Shown: positions 12,189-21,600 of the stretch, piece by piece
Position numbering within the stretch: position 1 is the first letter of the stretch
How the letters are laid out: each line of letters opens with the position of its first letter
Assembly (NCBI GenBank): GCA_001724265.1
Contig: MEDY01000221.1
Coordinates: 1-48,369 of the forward strand
Length of the DNA: 48,369 nucleotides
Origin: Rhizaria sp. SCN 62-66
Lineage: Eukaryota
Direction of reading: 5' to 3'
Made by a program: the position numbers and the translations under genes
Notes under the pieces: model-generated
Told to the model about the DNA's origin: nothing
The model's database searches: none
Seen by the model: only the letters and a program-made list of their open reading frames with translations

Positions 12189-12636
12189 GGGGCTCTGTGA
12201 CTGGACGGCTGTGGCCGTGGCCGTGACCGTATGAGTGTCGCAATGGCGGTGAGAGCTGTATCACCGTGTTTGCTGCGGCACTGCGATGGTGGCCTCGCGC
12301 TGCCGCTGTGATTGTTGTGGTCTGCACCGACTGTGTCGGCGTTCGCGAGCCCGCCGCGACTGAGAGCGAATGTGTGCGACTGCTATGCGGCACACGTGCT
12401 CACAGCCGCGCGTCACGACTACTTAGAGAAGACGTGTTACCTAGAACGACTCATATTTTCTTTTTTAGAACGATAATAGCAATTTATTTTATAAATATAT
12501 TTCAGTCTGTGTGTATTGATTCAATCACACCTACTTTTTTTTTCACTTCGGAACAAGAGTTGACAAATGCAATGAACTCCAAATCACATAAATTGTTTTC
12601 CTGTGTATCTGAATTGTCTCTTTCCGGTTGCTATAG

Positions 12637-13389
12637 CCGTCATGATGCCAACAGCAAGACTGCTCCGTCTATCAACACTGCGGCGCCCGCAGCTGGCCAC
12701 ACTCCCAGTGACAGCCACAACAACTCTGCGACAGCGCAGGCGATCCCTGCGCCCGCCGCTGCTCCCGCAGTCGCAGTCGAAACAGCTGTGCCGGTAACCG
12801 CTGCGCCCACGGTCCCTGCCGCGCACACGGTCACTGCAGCGCCCGCAGTGGCGATGGAGCCCCCGACTGCAGCGCTTGCCGCCGCCGCGGCAGCAGCAGT
12901 GACGAAGCCCGCAACGTCGGGTTATGGCAACGGCGTAAACGTCGACACTGACGCTGGCGCTGCTGGCGGCAGTGCAAGCGGAGGTGCTGGCGCGCAGTCG
13001 TTGTTGTGGCAGCAACTCGCTTTCCATAAAGACCGCACCGGCGACGACGTCCACAGCAACATCAACAGCCAAACTAGTCACGGACCCACTCACAGTCACA
13101 ATGGTCATGGCCGCAGCACTCAGCAGCACCAGCACTATCTACACCAGCAACATGCACAAGCGCTGCATGCACAGGCTCATGAGGCCCGCCTCCGCGCTCA
13201 CGGTCACTCCGCCCATGGTCATTCTGCTCAGGGTCACTCTGCTCACGGTCAGTCAGCTCATAATCATGCTGCTCGCAGCCACGCGCACCAGCAACAGCTG
13301 CACCAACAGCAGCAACACCAGCAGCAGCAACAGCAGTACTTGTATCAGCAGCAGATGCACCTGCAACAGCAGCAGCAGCAGCGTCAGCT

Positions 13390-13422
<33 letters not shown>

Positions 13423-13555
13423 TCAGCAGCAGGCGCATGCCCAGGCACTGTTGCGGCAACGTCAGGCGCAGGAACACGCGCATCAGCAGCATCAACACCA
13501 CCTGCAGCAACAACAGGCTCTGCGCCACAGCCGAAACCTCAAGATGGAGCTTTAA
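12637..13555 (+). CDS. His/Gln-rich coding exon ending KMEL-stop; probable alternative terminal exon of the SEC20-like gene
   Basis: Coding-like composition starts abruptly after the pyrimidine-rich acceptor tgtctctttccggttgctatag| (12636). It is phase 2, matching the AG|gtatgt donor at 11762. Stop TAA. Confidence 0.55.
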
Positions 13556-14080
13556 ACGTCTCCTATAGTCTTTGCATTGGGACAAGCAACCACTTGACTG
13601 AACGAGTGGTGCGTTCATAAACTGCACTAATGTAACTTTTAAAAAGAATCGATTACTTTCAACTTACTTTCAACAAAATTGACAAAGAAACAATTTGTAT
13701 CCACTCTCATTTTTAGCTCCAGCTCAGGACTATGCTCTGGTCAGCATAATACACTCCTGCCATGATTACACAATTTGCTTGTGATGTTTGAATACTGTTG
13801 TTGAATTATAGAGAGTAACACCGCTTTATGCACACGTGCAGTGGAATAAATGTGACAATTGACGACCTCGATGCTGACGCGTCAGCGGCGCGAATAGATA
13901 GGACTAAGTAGAAAACAATATTCGACGTCATGGCATGTGGTCTGTTGAAGACACGTAACCGATCAATGCAACCCGTGATCACACACACGGCAGCAGCAGC
14001 GGCGAGAGCACAATCGCACAGCAGCGCATTGCACAGCAGCTGGAGCCCAGGTCATGGCAGCTGTGGCTCACTGGTGCAAC

Positions 14081-14746
14081 TCAGATGACGGCGGCGGCGC
14101 CGGGGCCGCCCAGCGGCTCGGGCGCACGCACGTACACGGGCTCCCAGGGCCGCGCCAGCGAGAAGCGCGGCACAACGCGGCGCCGCACCTCGGGCGCCGC
14201 GGCGGCGCCGGCAGAGGCGGCCGAGTCGGCCGAGTCGGCCGAGTCGGCCGAGTCGAGGACCGGGACGGCGGCGGCGGGCGCGGGCGCAGGCGCGGGGCCG
14301 AGCGGGTCCGGCCGCAGCATCATCTGCACGCGCACGTAGGTGTACATGATGAGCTGCAGCACGCCGAGCGTGAGCGCGCCGCCGACGAGGTAGCGGATGT
14401 AGCGCTGTGTGCGCGCCGTCGGGCTCTCAGGGTTGGCCGCCATCTCGGCGCGGCGCTGCGCGGGGTCGTACACATTGGCGTCAAACCAGTCGCTCGGCGG
14501 CCGCGGCGACGACTGCAGTGCGGCGGGGGAGCCGTGCAGCGCAAGGGGGGCGCGCGCGGCGGGGGACAGAGACATTGCAGTGACAGCTGCAGCACAGACG
14601 CGGGCACGTACCGGAGCCGTGGCAAAGAGCGCTGTAGGGCCGCGGCTGAGGGTTGCGAGGACGGAAAAGGCGCGCATAGTGGAGACAGTAAGCGGGGTAG
14701 CAGTGCGCGCAACGCGGCAAGTCGCGGGGGTCAAGCGGCGAAGCAT
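14081..14746 (-). CDS. Probable mitochondrial single-pass membrane protein of unknown function, 221 aa
   Basis: ATG start. The Arg/Thr/Ala/Ser-rich N-terminus lacks acidic residues (MLRRLTPATCRVARTATPL...), as expected of a presequence. One hydrophobic segment YLVGGALTLGVLQLIMYTYV. Stop TGA. Confidence 0.7.
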   Translation of the reverse strand: MLRRLTPATCRVARTATPLTVSTMRAFSVLATLSRGPTALFATAPVRARVCAAAVTAMSLSPAARAPLALHGSPAALQSSPRPPSDWFDANVYDPAQRRAEMAANPESPTARTQRYIRYLVGGALTLGVLQLIMYTYVRVQMMLRPDPLGPAPAPAPAAAVPVLDSADSADSADSAASAGAAAAPEVRRRVVPRFSLARPWEPVYVRAPEPLGGPGAAAVI

Positions 14747-15600
14747 AGCAGAAGGACGACGGAAGGTACGAGAACTGAGGGGAGGCTGCGGAGGGGGAAA
14801 TAGGTGATAAATGGGTAAGTTATGAGTTTGCGGTGTTTACGTAAACATGTTAGTGTGATTGTATCATTATAAAAAGTGAATACACTGTCATAAAACACTT
14901 TGACGAAAGAAGTGGCGCCCTATACTGGTTCGAAAATCCGCGCCGAGCCGTCAACTCGGTCCCGGTGGCCCGTGGCCACCCTCGCAACCGCCTCCAGAGC
15001 AGAAGAGCGGCGCCGTTGGCACTGTCTGAACTTGACATTGCGGCCCGGAGACACAGCTAAAATGACTTAGGACAATTTGCTGTGGTTTACACTGACGTGT
15101 TTGGCATTATCGAATGCGTTTATCTTTCGAAAGAAATGTCTCTCGAGACGCCTCTTAAATGTGCTTACGAAGACCACGTTGGTTATTGAGCGTGACTCTC
15201 GCCATCCGTTTGTTCATCTCTATGGCGTTGAAACGCGCAGACGTTGACTTATCCTTTCTAAATCATCTTATACTGTTGTGTTTTTACTCTTTTCGCCTCC
15301 GTAGTAGTAGTTCCTCGCGCTAAAGTCGCGACTTGAGAACCACTCCTACAAAGCGATTGATTGTCCTCAATTCTCGCTTTCCCTCCTTCGCGCGCGCTCT
15401 TTCCCGCAGCTTTGGCCGCGTTCGCGTCCTCTCATCAGGCCGCCCGCTTGCCCGCAGACTCTCCCAGCGGCGAGCCCTTTGCTGGCGCCCTCTGCGAGCC
15501 GCCCGGCCCGACAGACCCTCAGACAGACACCGCGCACCGTCGCGCGCTCGCACGCAAGCTGCCGGGGCTTTTTAGCACGACTAAACCCTAGCCTCTCGCA

Positions 15601-18600
15601 ATGCCGCTTGCGCACGCCCGTCTGTCTCTGTCGCGCCCGCCCGTGGCCGCCGGCGCCGCCACGCACGGGCCCGGCCCAGACCCAGACCCCGGTGGCGACG
15701 GCGGCGGCGGAGGAGGCGTGCTTCCTCGCCTGAACAGTCGCAGCGACGCTGTGGCCTACAACGGCGACCGCGGCGTACCCGCGCTACTGCGCCGCCTGCT
15801 CACGCCTTTGTTGATTGCTTCCCTATTTCTCCTGCTACACAGCTCAAGTCCCCGCTCCAGCTCTGGCTCCGGCTTCACCGGCGGCAGTCTCTTCAGCGGA
15901 CCCCTCGTGGCTTCGGCCGCTTCTCTCGCGCCGTCCCGCACGTCCGCGATGCTGGACGCGGAGCTGGAGCTCGACTTCGCGGGCCGCCTGGCGCAGTCCG
16001 CCGCGGTTGCCGACGCCGCTGCGCGGCTCGCCCGCGCGACTGGCTCCGCCGCGCGCGCCCCGCCGCAGCTGCCGGTCATGCCCGCGCTGACCTCGGTGCT
16101 CTTCCAGCCCCCTGAGCTGCACACTGCGGCGCCGGTGCAGGCCATGGCCAAGACTGCTCCTAAGGCTAAGGCAAAGGCTCAGTCGCAGACGCATTCCGAG
16201 GTCGCGGTGTCCCCGATGCCGGAGCAAATGACCGCGGCTGCGGAGGCGGCGACGGCGTCCGCAGAGGCCGCCGTGCGCGCTGCGCGCCGCCGCCACGAGC
16301 TGCAGCAGCTGCAGCAACAACAACAACATCAACTTAACATGCAACAGGCCAGCAGCAACCAGAACAAAACTGCTACGCTTAACGACAACAACATTAACAA
16401 CAACGACATCAACAACAACAGTAACAGTGGTGACTCAGCCTATGAGTCCGCCGCGTCCGAGTACCAGTCCCTCGACGCTGACGCTGAGGCTGCTGAGGCT
16501 GAGACGAAGACTGATGCCGACTCCTCAGCGTCCGACAACTCTGGCGACTTCTCAGGCGGAACCTCGGCGGCGGCGGAGGCGACAACCTGCGCGCTGCTGA
16601 CGCCTGCGACCAACTCGCTAACGTGCTTCATGGTTTTCCCCTTCGGCCACACGGTTGCTTTGGTGGACCCCGACACGGGGGCCGCGCTGGGCTGCCTCAA
16701 CGAGCTGCTCAACCTGCCCACGGCGGCGACCATCGCGCCCGTCACGCAGCTGCTGCTGCCGCTGTCGGCCACGCTCGCCAACGCCGTCGCGCGCTTCCTC
16801 TGCGCCGCCGTCTACCGGCCCTGCCCCGCGGCCTCGGGCGCGGCGACTGTGCTCCCGCCGTGTCAGGCGCAGTGCACCGACGTCGTGGCCGCCTACTCGG
16901 CGCTCGCTGCCGAGGACGCCGCCAAGGGCGCCCAGGCGCTCGACGTGCTCAAGACCTTCGGCGTGTGGGCGCGCCTCGTCTCCGGCTACTGCCTGACGAT
17001 GGTGTATCCCGACGCCGACGCGCAGGGCTTCCCCGCGGGCACGCCCGCTGACTCCGCGCCCGGGCCGTCGCAGCGCGTGTGCGCCGCCACGGCCGTGTTC
17101 CAGTACCCCTACGTGCTGCCGCTGCCGCAGCCGCGCTGCGAGGCCTACACGGGCGCGGCGTGTGCGGGCGTCGTTGAGCACGTGTACCTGCCGCCCGGCT
17201 ACACGCAGGAGCTGATCGAGACGGAGCTGGCGCTGACGCCCATGGTCGCGCGCGTGGCGCCCGAGCGCAGCGGCTGCGGCGCGCTGCTGAGCAAGTTCAT
17301 CTGCTCGCACGCCTTCTGGCCCTGCTTCAACGCCGACGCCGTGCGCATTGGCGCCACCAACACGACGCTGCCGATGCTGCTGCCACAGCTCACCGCGCGC
17401 TCCGTCTGCGAGGACTACGGGACCGTGTGCGCCGACTTCCTGGCCTGGGCGCCCGGCCTCATCCCGGCGCTGGGGCCCGTGCTGCTGCCCAAGTGCGACA
17501 CGGCCGAGTTTGGCGCGCAGTCGGACTGCGAGGGCGCCTCCATCGCCGGCACGGGCTCCATCCTGTTCCCCGCTAACGGCACGACCTACACCATCTTCGG
17601 CGGCTTTACGGTGCCCGGCAACGCCTTCACGGCGGCCACTGTGCAGAACACCACCGAAGGCTTCCCCTTCGCGCCGCAGCTGACGTGCCCGGCGCCGTTG
17701 GTGCTGCCCGACAACCCGTGGACCGCGCGGCGCTTCCTGGGCGGGACGTGCGCCTCGCCCTGCCCGTCGATGCTTTTCACCAACGCCGAGTACAACCGCG
17801 CGCGCCTGCTGCTGCTCATCTGCTCCGTGGTGTGTTTCCTGCCCGTGGTCTTCGTCATGCTCACCTGGCTCTGCTTCGAGGACCGGCGCCGCTCAGCCTA
17901 CTTCCTGCCCATCGTCATCATCTGCTTCGGCCTCTCGCTCTGCTTCTTCCTCTCCATGACCATCTACGCCGACATGGCCGCGGGCCCCGGCGGCTACGCG
18001 GCGACGCAGTGCTACTCCAACAGTGAAGAGTTCACCGTCTCCATCGGCGCCAACACGCCCCGCGGCGGCAGCTGCATCATGCAAGCCGTGTTCATCCTCT
18101 ACGCCATCCTCGCGCTCTCGGGCTGGTGGGCGCTTTCGGCCGTCGACATCGCGCTCCGCATCGTGCTGGGCAAGCGCTTCGCGCCCGGCTCGCACGGCGC
18201 GCTCGCCATCCGCGTCGCGTACAACGTCGTCGGCTGGGTACTGCCCATCGTGCTGTGCGTCATCGCCGTCGTCTACGACTCGGTCGGCGCGGGCGACGTC
18301 GGCATCGGCTACTGCTTCGTCCACTCGCGCAACTATGTCTGGATGCCCTGGTTTACGGCCTACATCCCGCTCATCGTCGCACTGGCCACGGGCGCGCTGT
18401 CGATGGCCGCCACGCTCGTCGTGCTCTGCCGCGCGGCGCGCATTGCGCGCGGGGGCGCCGCAGCCACGGCCGCGGCCGCGCTGGGCAGAGCCAACCGCGC
18501 CGAGGCCGACGCCGTCGCAGCCGCGGCCAACGCGGCCTACCCCACGTCGCGCATCGGAGACCACAACAGAGTCAGCATCAACACCAATAACAACGATGTG

Positions 18601-21600
18601 GTGATCGCCGGTAACAACAGCGTCGTCGTCGACAACAACACCAATAACGCCAACGGCGACGGCGACTTCGGCTACCAGCCCGTCGCTGGCGCTGTCACCG
18701 CCGGCTCTGCCGCGGCTGCTGCTGCGCAGCTGTCTGTGGGCGACGGGACTGTGGGCGACGGGACCGCTGGCGACGCGACGATGGGCGACAACGAGGGCGA
18801 CACGGTCACCGACGCCGACGCGCTCGAGACGCTGCCCGACGGCGCCGCGGCCGCCAGCGCGCACTACGACTACACCTACAAGTACGCCGCCTACCACAAC
18901 GACAGGGCCAAGGCAAAGCCCGCGCCCGCTGCGATTGCAGCGACCGACCAACTGGCCTCCGGCAGCAACCTGGGTGCGGCCGCCAGCGGGTCCGGCGTCG
19001 GCCTCCTGTCCGCGGGCTCGGCGCTGCCGCCCTCATCCTCGGCCGCCGCGACGGTGGGCGGCGCGGCGGTCCCTAGAGCGGCGACGACGACGGCCATGTC
19101 CCCCGCCGCGGCGGCCGCGACGGCGCTGGTGGCCGCGACGATGGCCATGTCGACGTCGTCGGCGACGGCCTCCGCGGCCGTGGCGGCGTCGCGCGCGTCC
19201 CGCGCCGCGCTGAGCCGGCAATACTCGGCGATCCTGGCCTTTGTCACGCTGTTCCTCTTCGTGTTCGTGACCGTCATCACCTTCCGCGCCTACGCCCACT
19301 TCCGCGAGGACGGCTGGGTGGTCTCGGCCGCCGAGCTCATCTTCTGCATCCTGGTCGAGGAGCCGCTGTCGCCCGGGCTCGACTGCGGCGTCGTGCCGCG
19401 CAAGCGCCCCGACGTGCAGTTCTGGTACTTCCTCCAGGCCGTCGTCGCCTGCGCGGGGCTCTTCTCCTTCTTCACCTTCGCGCTCACGGCCGACATCTAC
19501 AAGGTCTGGGCCGCGCGCTGCGGCCGCTGGTTCCGCGTCACGCGCTGCCGCGAGTTCGGCGCCGACTCGGTCGAGGGCCGCCGCCACGCATACACGCCAT
19601 CGGGGCTGCCCTGCGTCGCGCCGCGCTGCCTTCGCGGCACCTGCTGCGGCAAGCTCTTCCGCCGCGAGCGCCGCCGCCGGCACCACCGCCGCCGCGCGCG
19701 CCGCGACAAGGAGCGCGAGGCCGCCGCCGCAGCCGCCGCCGCTGCGGGCGCTGGCGCGGGCGCGGCTGCGGGCGCCGGCGGCGACGCCGTCCCTGCGGCT
19801 GCTGCGGCCGCGGTCGGCGGCGACGGCGCCGCGAGCGCGGGCGCCGGGGCTGGGCTCAACGACGTCGGCCACAGCAACTGCGTGAGCAACAAGCCCGCCG
19901 CTAGCGTCGGCCTCGGCCTGGTCGCCGGCGCAGGCGCAGGCAGCTGCGGCGCGGGGACCAACGCGGCGGCGCACAGCAGCGCGGCCGGGCACAGCCACGC
20001 GGGCGTGGAGATGCAGCCCTTCCCGGCGCACCTGCGCGCGCACGCGGGGGCGCACGCGGGCGCGGGCGGTGCGCCGTCGACGGCATCGATGCTCAGCGCC
20101 TCGGGCTCGGCCACGGCCGCGGGCGCCCCGCCGGGCAGCGAGGCGCACCGGCTGACGGGCATGGGCGGGCTCAACGGGCTCGCGCTGGGCGTCGACCTTA
20201 GCCTGGGCCTGGAGCTGGGGCTGGGCGACGGCGACTGCGACGACGCCGAGGCCGCCAGCCGCGCCTACGCGCGGCGCCGCTCCCCCATGCACGGGCTGCA
20301 CGGGCCCGCGGGGCTGGCCGACGGCAGCGACGCGCTGGGACTCACCGGCAGCGCCGCTGGCACCGCCGGCAAGAGCCTCGGCCACAGCCACGGCCACAGC
20401 GCCAGTGTCGGCACGGGTGCGGGCGCGGGCGCAGTCGTCGTCGTCGTGGGCGGCGGCAAGGGCCGCAGCAGCGGCCGCGGCAGCAAGGGCGGCAGCAGCG
20501 CTGGCCGCAGCGCGCGCGACCGCCGTCGGTACGTCTACGACTACGACTACGACGACGACGACGACGACGACGATGGCGTCCGCGGCCGCGACGGCGACGA
20601 CGACGATGACAACATCGACGACGACGAAGAGGGCCTCAGCGGCTCGCACACTGTCACGGCCGTCGGCGGCGCCCGCGCGCGCGCCCGCGGCGAGCGCACT
20701 CGCGGCGGCCGCCGCAGCTCCGGCATCGCGGCCGCCGCGGGCGCGGGCGCTGCCGCCGCGGCGGGCGTGGGCATCGGACTCAGCGGGAACGAGGACGATG
20801 ACACCCGCACTGGCACCAACTCGGGCACCCACACCGGCACGCACACGCACACGCACACGCGCGCGAGCCGCGCGCTGAGCGACGAGGACGAGGCCGAGGA
20901 CGGCGAGTACTGCTCCGACTACGACTACGAGTACTCGGACGACTACACCGGCTCCGGCTCCGGCTCCGACTCGTACACGGGCTCGCGCTCCGGCGCCTCG
21001 GATGACAGCGACTGCGCCTCCGGCAGCGGCGGCCGCACGCGCGGCGGCGGCGCGCGCGGCCGCAGCAGTGTGCGCTCCGGCGCGCTGCCCAAGTCGGTCA
21101 TGTTCAACCTGGCGGCCAACACGTACGTCGAGGACGAGCGCTTCAGCGGCGTGCACGGCGCGCCTGGCGGGCGCACGGGCGAGGACGAGGAGGACGACGA
21201 CGTGCTGCAGGCCGACATCGTCATCGACGGCCGCGACGACGACGACGTCGACGACGACGACAACGGTTGTGACGGCGACGGAGACGACAACGGCGACGCA
21301 GAGCTCAACGGCAACGGGGACGCGCGCGCCGGCGCCGGCGCCGGTGCCGGCAGCGGCCTGGTGGCGGGCGGTGCCTCCGACTCGGGGTCCGACGTGGACG
21401 CGCGCCACGTACGCAGCCGCGCGGCCCGGCTCAGCGCGCGCCGCGGCAGCGGCGGGCCCGTGCTTGTGACCCCCGCCATCGCCGCTGCTGCGGCCGCCGC
21501 CGCCGCCGCCTCTGGTGTCGGCTCTTGTGTCGGCTCTGGCGCGCTGATCGGCAGTGACGAGGCGCCGCCGCGGCGCCGGCGCAGCGGCCGGCGGCAAGCG

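Noticed and set aside
12266-12636. N-terminal part of the 429-aa ORF as a standalone gene start
   Set aside because: Non-ATG start and a T-rich, intron-like composition ending in a good acceptor. An independent start at the MNSKSH ATG cannot be fully excluded.
14912-14945. GGTTCGAAAATCC resembling a tRNA T-loop or B-box
   Set aside because: The spacing is wrong and no cloverleaf or A-box could be built.
15361-15591. ORF in frame with the receptor and ending in TAG just upstream of its ATG
   Set aside because: It has no ATG and is bounded by TGA at 15358. It is compatible with 5' UTR, so it was not counted as evidence for TAG decoding.
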